Assembly (NCBI GenBank): GCA_051294375.1
Contig: CM119267.1
Span: forward strand, 21,397,755 to 21,461,754
Direction: 5' to 3'
DNA length: 64,000 bases
From: Paraspadella gotoi
Taxonomy: Eukaryota; Animalia; Chaetognatha
Part shown: positions 1 through 24,500 of the stretch, piece after piece
Numbering within the stretch: position 1 is the first letter of the stretch
Layout of the letters: every line of letters starts with the position of its first letter
Translations under genes and position numbers: made by a program
Notes under the pieces: generated by a model
The model's database searches: none
The model's input: the letters and a program-made list of their open reading frames with translations, nothing else
What the model was told of the DNA's origin: nothing

Positions 1-864
1 CACTTTATTCAGAATTTAAGTTTAAATGGGCACTTTTAGAAAATATAACCAAAATTTACATATATAGACATATATATTTCTTATATACTTAAAATATATA
101 TATACAATAGATAATCGAATAAGTAACATGAGAAACTAGAATTTGAAATAATGTAGAAGACTATAAAGAAAAGCAGACGTTTTAAGCGCAAGGTTTTTAA
201 TAATGAAAAGAATCTGATTTTTGTACAAAATTAAAACGTATTTTTCTAAAAAATATTACACATATTAAAATCTAGTAATTTCTATTAACTTGAAGTACAA
301 TAATAGATTGAATACGCAATTTTGATTTTCGAAAAAATTTACAATTTAAAAAATTTAAACCAAAAATATTTTTTAAACTTTTTGTAGTCATTTAATTTTC
401 ATTCAAAAGTTTTAATTACATTTGAACAATTATGTTCTTATTCTTACTATCGATCGCTGGTTTAGATCTGGATCCTAAGACTGGACAAATTTGTCACTTT
501 TATTTACAAGCATCGATTCGATTTTTTTAAGTAGCAATCGCTTGACGCTTTAATTCTTATTACGTTAGGGCCACGTGTTACCTTTGCGTCGACAGCATGT
601 TCATAGCTACGATTTGAGTAGGCCTGCCTACATGCGGTACCGGCCACATTTTCATTAAACTTCAGCTTGACAGGACGCCACTTTGGGATTATTCATGACA
701 CGGGCTAATAACAGCTTTAATCCATCTTTATTAGACCACCAATGTACAAATAATGAACACATTGATCAATGAACATAACGCATACTCGAGGTCAAATAAT
801 ATTTAATTTCAAATTTAATAGATTAAAAATAAAATCGGGTCTGATTTACAAACAAACGCCGCAA

Positions 865-2219
865 TTACGAATCTTTATCATCATCATCATCATCCACGTA
901 ATCGTCGTCGTCGAGCTCGTTTGTCAAGCTCCTCAAGTTCCTCATCGGTAAAAATCTTTGGCAAAATCCATTTTCGAACCGCGATGAGGATGATGAGGAA
1001 AGAAAGGGAAGGCGATGGAGGCCGGCGTCGCCTTTCCCGTCCACAGAACCGCCAGGCTGATCAACTGCAGCAACGTGTACAGGTGCATGCGCCAGTGTGC
1101 GGACTTGCGCACGTAGCCGACGCGGGGATGATGTTTTAAGGGGATGAAGAAGAGGCCAACGCGCGGTGAGAAGCTGGAGTCCGCCTGTAATTGTTATCTG
1201 TGTTAGATAGGACTTATCCAACGAGTTAACCTTAAAACTTACCCAGTGTTGTAACCCCCCATGTACAGCAGCACGCCAAAAAGAACAGCGACAGGGATTT
1301 CCTTTCAGAACCTAAATGGGCAATGGCGATGGTCCCGCCGACCAAGATGCTTGTCATAAAGTTAGTCACGCGTTGCTCTTTGACCTGATACATTGTAGTT
1401 AAAGTTATGTTTAATTTAATAGCAACATGAACTTCATTTTTCACATCACAACTTTCTGAGTCTGCCAATTTCCTTACCTCAATGACTCTAGGCGGTCCCT
1501 CTGGGCGAGCTGATAAGTAGCTGATTACATAACTGTGAGCTGTATCGTGTGCGTGCGTACGACAACACGGCAGGCAGCTGTCAACCATGATGCTCCGAAT
1601 CAACGTGCCACATCGACTGCCTAGTCCCATCAACGGAGGCCAATACGAGAATGTCCAGGTGATATCTGAAAGAATAAAGAGATGAGATAAAATTCATCAA
1701 TTTGATCAAAAATCATATGAAATTTGTCCAGCTAAATGAAAAATTTTATCCATTCATTTAATAAATAAGCTATCTTTCCCCTGACTTCGGACAGGTTTTA
1801 GTGGTTTAAGGCCTCCTCTCTGTCAAGATAATAGCATAAGAAGGTCCCTGCAAGCTTACAATCAGTCTCTCTCACAGTCTCGTTTATTCACTCTCAGAGT
1901 AGCTGGATTCCCTAGTCAATGAAGGGTTTATAACATTTCAAAACTATGTTGAAATGTGTAAGAAAAGACCAATCCCTTAAGTATAACTATAAGAAAGGGG
2001 AATACTATTGTACTCCGGCACTACATTTCCGCCGCAGTATTGTCCTTAGTAGTTTTAAATTTCCCTAAAAAATCCTACCCAGATCCCTTTTTAAGATTTC
2101 TTTCTGGATTGTTGACGATTCATTGGCAGGCATAAGGCTCTCGATAAAGATGAGCGTAAAGACGAGCGCGGCTGGGATGACGGCAACGAAGATTTGCAAG
2201 CGGGGCAGGCCAAAGCAGT
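865..2219 (-). pseudogene. Second, indel-riddled copy of the last four exons of SLC4 paralogue A (probable assembly duplicate or alternate haplotype)
   Basis: 1-2219 aligns almost base for base with 2403-4416, introns included; it ends at the N gap 2220-2244. Many frameshifts, e.g. a garbled TM10 exon at 1478-1666. Stop TAA at 865-867 after ...[16 protein letters not shown]. Confidence 0.75.
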
Positions 2220-3110
2220 NNNNNNNNNNNNNNNNNNNNNNNNNCCGCCATTGTTAAAATATAGCGAATTTATTCGATGAGCGCAGATATCGACTTTTTT
2301 TCCCCGAAAACGTTCCTTTATCCCAGAACTTAGTTACTAAACACAATACTTAATCCTAAACTGTAACCCAAATCTGATCACTCACTCCTTACTTAATTTT
2401 AAGCACTTTATTCAGAATTTAAGTTTAAATGGGGCACTTTTAGAATATATAACCAAAATTTACATATTATTAGACATATATATTTCTTATATACTTAAAA
2501 ATATATATATACAATAGATAATCGAATAAGTAACATGAGAAACTAGAATTTGAAATAATGTAGAAGACTATAAAGAAAAGCAGACGTCTGCAAGGTTTTT
2601 AATAATGAAAAAGAATCTGATTTTTTGTACAAAATTAAAAAACGTATTTTTCTAAAAAATATTACACATATTAAAATCTAGTAATTTCTATTAACTTGAA
2701 GTACAATAATAGATTGAATACGCAATTTTGATTTACGAAAAATTTACACTTCATAAAAAATATAACCAAAATATTTTTTTAAACTTTTTTAGTCATTTAA
2801 TTTTCATTCAATTTAATTACATTTTGAACAATTATGTATCTTATTCTTACTATCGATCGCTGGTTTAGATCTGGATCCTAAGACTGGACAAATTTGTCAC
2901 TTTTATTACAAGCATTCGATTTGTTCGTAATTTTTTTTTTTAATTTATTAGTGAAGCATATCGAAAACCCTGACGCCTTTAAAAATTCATCAATGTACAA
3001 ATAATGAACACATTGATCAATGAACATAACGCATATTAGTCAAATAATATTTAATTTCAAATTTATAAGATTAAAAATAAAATCGGGTCTGATTTTACAA
3101 CAAACGCGCA

Positions 3111-14357
<11,247 letters not shown>

Positions 14358-14483
14358 CTTCAACGTCAGGGATCAGAAAGGATTAGGAATATGGGTGAAA
14401 ATTGTCTCTTTTATCTTTTAGTCTCTCTTCTCTCTTTTCTCTCTCTCTCTATTTCTCTCTCTCTCTCTCTCTCTTTCTCGCTT

Positions 14484-14529
<46 letters not shown>

Positions 14530-14585
14530 TCTCTCCCCCTCTCTCTCGCTCTCTCTTTTGCTCGCTCTCTCTTTCTCTCTCTCTT

Positions 14586-14633
<48 letters not shown>

Positions 14634-17035
14634 CTCTTCTCTCTCTCTTTCTATTTTTTTTCTATCAAAAATTTAAAAGGAAAAAAAAAGTAATTTTCAA
14701 AATTTTTCGTCCACCTGGATTAAACAAAAATATGTAGTTTCGCAAGTTTTAAGATTGTTCCCCCGATTTTTGTTTAAAGATTGATAGATTAATCATTAAT
14801 CAATAATCAATGGTCATTAATTAAGCCGGATATTAAATGAAGGCTAACATCATTTGTGTTTATTTCGTGTCTTTGAGATATGAGACTGTACGTTAAAAAA
14901 TAATTAAATACGTAATTGTATAACGAATATATGTGATTGCAAGGTTAGAGAAAAGCAAATATATAACTTTTTTCATTAATAATTAGTTATTTCGATTAAA
15001 GTTACTTAAAACAAAAAAATATATGCGGTAAAACAAGTACTGTTGTAACTTTAAAACCATTTTATCTATCCCGTACGAAAAAAATCCAAAACGAAAAAAA
15101 TTATGTTTATTACATTAAAACGTACCTTTAGTTCAGCCGACCCCGGATTTCAAACGTTTATGGTTTTTTTAATTTAAGTTCTCAAAAGTCCATCAAACAT
15201 TTTTAAACAAAATTAAAATGAATCTAGTCTTGGTTAAGCGCAATCGCTTTCTCTTCGACTTTTAAAGAAGACCAAATCTTTCCGAAGAGAATTAATTGCT
15301 CAAGTAGAATTCTTTTTTTTTAACTTTAGATATAAAAAAATTTAGTAAATGACTTAAAGGAAAGACGTCATTGCTTATTCGTCGAACCTTGTCAAATGGT
15401 ACCGAGACAAAAAGCTTCTCTTTTCGATTTAATGAATTTCAATGTAATGCTGCAAAAGCAGATACGCAAGAAGATACAAAATATCTTGTGTATCTACATG
15501 CAAATGCCAAGATTAGGCAAATGGGCATTTAGAAACTCGAGTTAGAACATTAATACTTTAATTATGCCTAATTTTTATATCATTTTATATTACAAATTAA
15601 GATCTATTTGTCGGACATATCAATTTTTTTAACCTATTCTACCGGAACCCTCCCGGTCTCAACAAATTCGCCTCGAAAGTCAAAAAGAAGAAAAACAAGT
15701 TAGAGTTGGAGTTAAAGCTTAAAACTCGACGAGAGATACAAAGATGTACTCAAGATAGCGTTGAAAGAAAAATGTAAAAAATATTTAAATTTATAATTTA
15801 AACAATTTAAGTAATTCTTCATGCCTGATTTATCAAAATTAAGCCTCTTTTTAGGATTAAAGTTTGCATGCTAACCTTTTGGTTAGTCCATACTAGTTAT
15901 CAAGCACAGTTGACTGGATAATGGATGATTGAAAATCCAAGGCGTCAGATTTAGTCAATCAATAGAAATATAACAGAATGGAATTAGTCCTATAATCTCC
16001 TTGTGACTGTTACACTTAAGTATTTTATATTTTTATATAACATTGCTTTTCACTAACTAATATTATCGAGAGAAGATGAAATCCGGCAAATATCTGGCAA
16101 TTAATAACTCACCATTAATCACTCTAATTTACGAAGTACTAAAAACGGGTTTTAAAATCTTCATCGTTAATCATTTCTAAATCATTTCGACCTAATCGTT
16201 AGACTAATGACTAGTGAATGAAGTAATAATGAAAAATGTCACAAGCCACATAGGGCCTGTCTAATTAAAATGTTTTTAATTCCATTTTTTTTCTTTAAAA
16301 GATACTAGTTAATCAGAAGATACCAATCAAACACGAAAAAGATTCCCAAAGAAACAACTCTTGACTCACTTTGAATTCTCGTTTGAACATGAGGAAAAAA
16401 AAGAGTACAAAAATTAAAAATAACTGCGTACAAGGTGGAAAATGACAAAAACTATTTTTATCTACATTTCCTCTCAATAGCCAATATGAGTTTTCTCTCT
16501 CATCTTACCCGATCTTTTCCTTAAGGGAACTTTTTGCGAACATTGCTTCTTGGTATTACGATGATGTTCATTTAAGTATTTTTAAGTATTTTAAAGCTTT
16601 TGATTTCGCTTTGCCAGTAATCGTTTAAAAAAATACCATGATTTTTCGTTGTACAGTCGATATAATAATTTTGTTTTCACTGAAGTATTTTTATTATTCC
16701 CCTATTTACGTCTCGAGAAAAGAAAGAATGGTAACCTGTTTCGCCGGGATTTCAAAAAAAATCGGAATCCTTACTGGAATGAAACGCGAGGGCGACTTCA
16801 ATCTGACTTTCAGGTTTTAATGACTAAACCTTTTTAGTTCGGATTTACAGTATGATTTTTCTCGTTTGTAACATTTCGTGACAGTATATTTATGCAACCG
16901 TAAAATTTAAAAAAGATTAATGATAGTCGGTTTTGAAGGTCTCGGTTTCGCATTTCATATGATATATAATACATTGAGAGAAAACAAAGTGTTTTTGAAT
17001 TTGTGACAACGATTTATTTCAATAGAGGGACAATG

Positions 17036-17996
17036 TAGGGCGTTTAAAAATAACGAAATATAACAAATCAAGTGAGGTACATAGCTATTTTAGTGTAATA
17101 AAGTCTGTAGAATTCGATGATGATAACCATTTTTTTGTATAGTCTCATCTTCTTTGTCGGAAATGGCGATTTTTTCAGCATATAAGGTGCTATTAAAATG
17201 GAGCAAACATTGTAGAGTATAAGAAACTCAAATTATTAAGATTTTATAAAAGCCATATTTAACTTACATTATATGAAAATAAAGACCCATATAAATATTT
17301 TGGTAAGTTTATTTACAAATTTCTTATTTTATTAATAGTTTTTTATAATAATAAAAAATAAAATAAAGTGAAAAAATTAAAATTTTAAAATTGGATTTGA
17401 ATTTCTTACAAAAAGTTGATATAAGAAAGTATAATCCATTTTTAAAAAATTCTTTCATTAAGTAGGTTAAAAATATTAAAAACTATTATTTTTGTTTAAT
17501 TTTTTAATTTTTGGCTTAAAATTATAGTTTTTCTAAATTTTGACCAACTTAATGACATAATTTTGATATAAAAATTATATTTTCTTATATCAACTTTTTG
17601 CAAAGAATGCAAATCCATAAAAAAAATTTTGAAATTATTCTTTTTTAACTTTAGCCCAATTTTTACTCATAATTATTAATAAATATAGTTAACTAACTTT
17701 TTATAAAACATAAAATTTAGAAATAAACTTACCAAAATTTTTTTATAAGTCTTTATTTTTATATTTCAAAAGCTCATATAAATTTTATAAAATTTTAATA
17801 ATTTGATTTATCATAACTTATAATGGTTTTGTATTTTATAACAATTTTATATACATTAAAAACCCTCATTTCCGACAAGAAAGATAAAATTATACAAAAA
17901 AATTGTCATCACCATCGAATTCTACAGACTACATTACACTAAAATAGCTATGTACCTCACTTGATTTATTATATTTTGTTATTTTTCAACGCTCTA
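17036..17996. mobile_element. Non-autonomous foldback DNA transposon (MULE/Mutator-like MITE)
   Basis: Long imperfect terminal inverted repeats (TAGGGCGTTTAAAAATAACGAAATATAACAAATCAAGTGAGGTACATAGCTATTTTAGTGTAAT... / ...ATTACACTAAAATAGCTATGTACCTCACTTGATTT..TTTTTCAACGCTCTA) extending hundreds of bp inward; flanked by AGGGACA(A)TG / AGGGACATG, a 9-bp target duplication. Confidence 0.8.
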
Positions 17997-18044
17997 AGGG
18001 ACATGTTTCGACTCTTTGGGTTCGAGTCTTCATCAGCATCTCCC
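17997..18044 (-). ncRNA. Minimal type I hammerhead ribozyme-like motif
   Basis: Minus strand: GGGAGAUG-CUGAUGA-A-GACUC-GAACCCAAA-GAGUC-GAAACAUGUC-CCU. Both conserved boxes, a perfect 5-bp stem II, palindromic ACAUGU stem III and a GUC cleavage triplet; stem I is weak. Confidence 0.6.
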
Positions 18045-19802
18045 AAATGACCAAAGAGTCGAAACATGTCCCTCTATTAAAATAAATCGTTGTCACAAAT
18101 TCAAAAAAAATTGTTTTCTCTCAATATTAAATAACAACGAAAATAAAGGTTTATCACATGATATATAATACAATATATTTGTAATGAGTCGTCTTTATTT
18201 AATGACTGTCTATAAATAGAAGGTTGAGGCCGAGCTTTGAAACTTCATCAATGCAATTTTCCAATTCTTTCTGATGATTAATAATAATATTAAAGCAAAA
18301 ATAAATATGAGGTAATGAAATTGTAGCATATTTTCTCCTCTTTAATAAAATTTAAGTTAATTCAAATATAACAGTTAAAAAATATAAATAAAGGGTATTA
18401 AAAAGTTGTTAAGCATTAGTCATATTATTGTTCAATGCATGAAAACAAAACCTATACCTAGTTTTAAAGAATAAAAAACAGAATATTTTATGTTACCTAT
18501 TTAATAAAATTCTTTAAATTTTATAATAACTATGAATTTTTTTAAATTAAAAACAATTTATAAAATCAGATGACGTTTTATAAAAAAATTATCTCCTTAT
18601 TATTCTTAAAAGTTACTAAGCATCTAAGCATTAAACGAATATGAAATCTATACCACATTGAAGACCAGGCAAAATGCTACATTTTGCATATATACCTTTT
18701 AAATTTAACTAAGTTTTGATTGGTTGTGACTACGTAAAACATTAAAAGGTAAAAAAATAAAAAGTTGAGCGATAAATATTATGAGTTCTTTGGGGCCTAG
18801 AAGTTAATACCAAATACTTATTATAATTATAAGGGGTATAAAGTGGGCTATAATTTAAGTATCTGGGGTGAAGGGACTCTGAGATACCCCCACAGGAAAT
18901 GTTACAATTGAGAAAAATCATACTGTAATTTGTGCCTTGAAAAGACTCGAGGAGTTCTCGAAACATTGCATCATAATCATAAGTGACGCTGAATTCTGAA
19001 ATATACCTGCTACTAAATGTGACAACTTAAACGATAACTTTCAAGGGACAAAAATTTTACATTTGACTCTCTATCTTAAAAAGAAATTACGCTAACTATC
19101 AACGAGAATTGATGTTTTAAATATATTAACGATATTTCGCGATAAAATTTTTATTAAAATAGCAAAAGATAAAACTTGTGAAAAAGCTTTAATTTCCCGA
19201 GCTATCTAGGGAAACCCCTGAATTCATTTTAATAACAGTCACAACAATGAAATTAATATATTTTATTAATCGTTGTAAAAAGACAATGAAAACAAATTAA
19301 AAAGGCCAGAAAATTTAAAATAAAAATTATCCATTACCCATGACTAATTATTAATAAATAAGCTAGGAAAATATATAATCGCCGTTATTGGTGATATGAT
19401 TTGATTACAGCGAAAAAATGAATTATATAGAATGACGCGGCCAACTCAGATATATAATTATTCAATTAAAAGGCTGGAAATCTGGATCACAATAAGACGA
19501 ACAATGTTTTTTTGTCTCGCAAAAATTCTGGATAATCTTTCCCCTTTTTTTTCGGGATTAAAATACAAAAACCCACAGAAATCTTTTACGAGAAAACCAA
19601 TCGGACAACAGGATAGATTCATTGTGCAATGAAAAAAGATGTATAAAATGAACAACGCGACAAACGATAGAAACATTTAAATTAAAACTCAACTTTTTTG
19701 TTCTCCTAAAAAAAAAAGAACAACCCAATCAAAAGGGAACGGAACACTAAATTGATCGGATCGAGCCTTTCCACACCGTCGTTTCACACAGTCTTCACGG
19801 TT

Positions 19803-21468
19803 TCACTCATCGTCGTCGTCGTCGACATAATCTTCGTCGTCCATCTCGTTGTCCAGTTCCTCCAATTCGTCGTGAGTGAAAATCTTCGGGAGCCCGAATT
19901 TCCTAACCGCGATGAGGATGACGAGGAAGAAAGGAAAAGCGATGGAGGCCGGCGTCGCTTTCACCGTCCACAGCACGGCCAGGCTGATCAACTGCAGCAG
20001 CGTGTACAGGTGCATGCGCCAGGTGCGGACCTTGCGCACGTAGCCGACGTGAGGGTGATGCTTCAAGGGAATGAAGAAGAGGGCGACTCGGGTGAGGAGT
20101 TGAAGCCCGCCTGTTTTTTTTTTTGTTGAAAAGGTGAAGAGGGAGATTTTAAAGAAGAGAGAGGGGGGGGGTGTTGGGATTGAGTGGAATCAAGATCTTT
20201 GAACGCTTTAATTTGTGGCTTTGTTTTTCGACTAAAAGCTAATTAAGAAAAGCGTAACAAAAAAAAAGCAAATCTTGGTAGGTGAAAAGGAATACAATTA
20301 AAACTTTACAGTTTGTTCGTATTAAGTAATTAGTAAATCACAGTTTTTTTTTTCTTTAAAGTTTTTGAATCTAACAGGTGACACTGAAACACGCTGCTCA
20401 AAAAAAAAAAAAAAAAAATCGCCATTTGTAAACCTGTAAAGATTTTTTTTTCAATCTTAAATATTTTTTGTGTAGTGAAAACCAAAATCATTTATGGGTC
20501 CGAATTTCATATTGATCGGTTTTGATTTTAATTTGGTAATAAGCAGAGAAACCTGGAATATACGCCTATTTTTAATTTAAAGCTGGTCAGGCTAATTCTT
20601 AAGTGACAATATTCTTAAATATGCTACTTTTTTTTTCAAGAACTTTCAGAAGACATTACCTAAAGTAGTGACCCCCATATAGAGCAAGACCCCATAAAGA
20701 ACGGCGACGGGTATTTGTCTCAGCACCATCTGTGCGATCGCCAGGGTCCCGCCAACCAAGATGCTTGTCACGAGATTGGTCACCCGTTGTTCTTTCACCT
20801 TGAAGTGAAAAACGGGGAAGAGAAGAAGTAGTATTAGTTAAGAAACTAATTTATTTTTCAATTTTTCAACAACAGACATATATTCAAGTAAAATAACTAT
20901 GAAAGTTTCAAAATTACTTCAATGTAGTATTTCATTCATTTTATTATTATATGTATATTTTTATTTTTTATGCTGTTTCAATAAAAAAAAACTGTAAAAA
21001 AAAATAATTAGTCGAAAATTGAAGAATTAATCAGTCGATTAAATTTGATAAACTGGATCTATACACTCCGAATTGAACAGCTCCCTTACAAGTATCCGCC
21101 TCACCCTCCTTTACTTACCTCAATAACCCTGGGAGGCTCTCCAGGCGCGTGGTAAGTCGACATGACGGTGAGTGAGGTCGCGTGGGCCACGGACAAGACT
21201 GGGCACGCCGTCAACCAGGGAACGCCGAAAAGACCGCAACCGCCCGCCAGCAGGCCGATCACTAATATGTCCATGTGGTACCTTAAAAAAAGGTTGGGGG
21301 TGGTAGTTTCCTTTAAGTTAATAAAGATTACTATTCGCTTTGGACTTTTGTATTTTTTTTTCACGTCAGATATAACCTGTCGATATATGCCTGCGTGAAA
21401 GTCTGTCTTTCTGTATCATGACATGAAAAAAATCCATTACTTTGTCTCAACAAAACTCTTACTTTTCT

Positions 21469-21518
<50 letters not shown>

Positions 21519-24500
21519 TTAAAAAAAAATCCAGACAGGATCGTAGACAAAAAACAAGAACAGGTTGAAACAAAACGTGATCCACTGATGTCAATTCGAT
21601 TGAAAAGAACAAAATTGATTTCAAGTTTAAGTTCAAAAATGTCCTTTACTTAGACCAGAAGGAGTAAAATAAAAAAAAATCATAAAGGAACTAATCAAAT
21701 AAAAAATAATTAATCAATTCATCATTTCATCTATCAATCCATCAATCAATCGAACAATCACCAAATCTAACAACCAATCAGTCATTCAATCAGTTAAACA
21801 ATCAATAAACCGATCAACTAATCAATAAATTCAATTCCGCTCATTAAATTCCGCTCATCAAAGTAATTCCAATCAACTCATCAAACAGCACAGCTCACAA
21901 CAAATCAGTGATTTAATCTGTTAATCAATCAATCCATTAATCGATAAACCAATCAATTTATAAATCAATTCAATTCACTCATTTAAAATAAACTCATCAA
22001 TCAATCGACCAACTTAGCATCCAATCAGTAGCGGTAGCCGACCAAATTCAAATTTTAATGGGAACAGCATTAAACTAATCCATTATTGGTATTAATTATT
22101 GTGTTAAAATATTTTTTTGCAAAAATGTTCCGAACCATGAGTAATTCGCTAATTAATATTATTATATTGCTATATAATGGCAAAATTTTTTTGGGGATAT
22201 TTTAAATTTTTTTAATTGATTCTGATAGAGCTTAAAAAGTTAAGCAAAAAATATAATTACTTTTTAAAATTTTGATGTTTTATTACTAAAAATTAGTAAA
22301 AACTGCTAAAATCATCGGATGATGATGATGATGATGATTTTTTAAGGTTTTTCTCAATTTAAACCCACTTATCATCAAAATATTGGAAAAAGAATTATAC
22401 TTTGTGTAGATAACTTTTCATAAGCTATTTGAATCTGCTTTTAAAAATGAAAAATTCCAAAAAAAATTTTTGACATTTCCTATCTATAAATAAATATTAA
22501 AAAATTAATTACTAATGCTTCTTGCCATTTTAGAAAATTTTGCTCCATTGAAAGTTTTCTCAGAAATGTATGAATTTTCATTTGGAAAGGTTCCCAAATC
22601 AAACTTCTGACCCACCCCATTGACGAAGTTTGGCTCTACAATCAGTCATACAATCCGTTAATAAATAAATTCATCCGTCATTCAATCGACAAACCAATTA
22701 ATCAATCAATCAATCCTCCTCTCACCCCGATCCCTTCTGAAGATTCCTCTCCGGCTTGTTCACGATCATACAAGCGATCAAGCTCTCGATAAAGATGAGG
22801 GTGAAGACCAAGGCGGCTGGGATGACGGCGATGATGACTTGCCAAACCGGGAGGCCCAAGGGATTGACGAGCCAAGCGGCGCGGGTCTCTGAGGTCGGGT
22901 AGAATCCCGCCGAAGACTCGGTCACGTTTAATTTTTCAGACCTGCGGAAGGGAGGGAGAAAGGTAAAATGTTTGTACTATATAAACTTCAGGAAAACCAT
23001 TAACCTAATCTTTTACTAAAACAAGATCGGTGTATCCAATGCGTATCCAATGACTTTCTTTTCACCTGTGAAACATTTACATTACCCGCAATTACTTTGT
23101 GATCACGTGACCGTAGTTCTGCGTGGTGCATTGCACTGCGTCTTTTTAGTTTTAAGATTTTCTAAAGGCGGCGCTAGCGGTCACTTAGATGGGTTTTTTT
23201 CCTGTCTTCACAAATGAACAATAGGAGAATTAACTAAAAATTAAACAAATTCTGAATTTCAGATAAAATGGGCCAAGGCGTCCGTCTTTAGAACAAAATA
23301 ACAACATAGCAGTACCCTAGGGTATTATTAAGATGGTTTAATTTTAATGAAGAAGAAAAAAAACCAAACAAAGAAACCATTTGTCTTCGAGCGCGATGTC
23401 GACGCCGACGACGAGGACTATGGCGATCGGGACGCTGAGATTCCGATCATTCGACGAGCGGTTTTGCCGAGGAACTGTTAAAGGGGTAGGGGGAGAGGGG
23501 GGGGGGTAGAAGAGGGGGAGAGAAATGAAGGGGTTGAGAAGAGAGAGTGAGAGGAGGGAAAGGTTTTATGGAAAAAAAAACTAATCTATCAACAAAGAAC
23601 ATTTTATATACATTGTATGTATATATTCTCATTTACTTAACAAAGCACCTTTGATTATATTTCCCCCGATCATCAAAGCCCTTGGGGGTGTGTTACAAGA
23701 TTTGTTCCCTCTCAGTTTTTCTTAACAACCTTTTCCATTTACGCCAAAATATTTATTAAACTACCATCTGTAGCGGTACGACATGAAAGCCACAGTTCTC
23801 TGCCTCTGTCTCAATGGCTGAGCGTGATTTTGGTTTAAACATGCGAGTGACAGGTTTAGAAGAAGATCACAGGCACACCTCACTACGCACCCCCTACCCC
23901 AGTTATTGAGATACCCCGCTACCCCTGGATTCACAAGCAATCACATCATCTACCATTATGAGATCGAGTAATTAATTAACCGAAATTGTCTTGACTCACC
24001 GTTGATCTTTTGAAGATCGTGAGAAAGTGAGCGATGAAAAAAGTGACGGCGATGAGAATGAGGGCGAAGGGGAAGACCAGAGTTTTAGAGGACTTGTGGT
24101 CGTAGGCGTGGGAAGTGTGGTGAGATGAGTGGTTATCGTGGGTGGAGTTGTAATCGTCGGTGGCATTGTAGAATGCAGTAGGATACGTTGTAGCGTTGTA
24201 GTCTTGGTACGATGAAGCCTGGAGCGAATTAATGTATAATTATTTATAATTATTAAACAATTGCATATCAAAATTTATTAAATAATTTCATTAAATATTT
24301 TTAGTTTTGATTACAGGGGGAAGTCGATTAAAATGGCGTTTTCATACTAGTTTAAACCAGTTTTTTCATTATTATTAACCGTTAAATAACTTATTATTAT
24401 TTATTTTATCCACTAGTTGAAAATTTAACACCGTTTTAGTTTCAAAACTTGTTTCCCTGAATGACCTTTCCTTAGTATATCCAGTATTAGTATTAGTATT

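Larger units (their letters stand above)
16973..18125. mobile_element. ~190-bp palindromic Penelope-like terminal remnant, split by the foldback element
   Basis: Left arm (16973-17035 + 17997-18019) is the reverse complement of right arm 18051-18125; the loop and left arm contain a hammerhead core on the minus strand. Confidence 0.6.
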
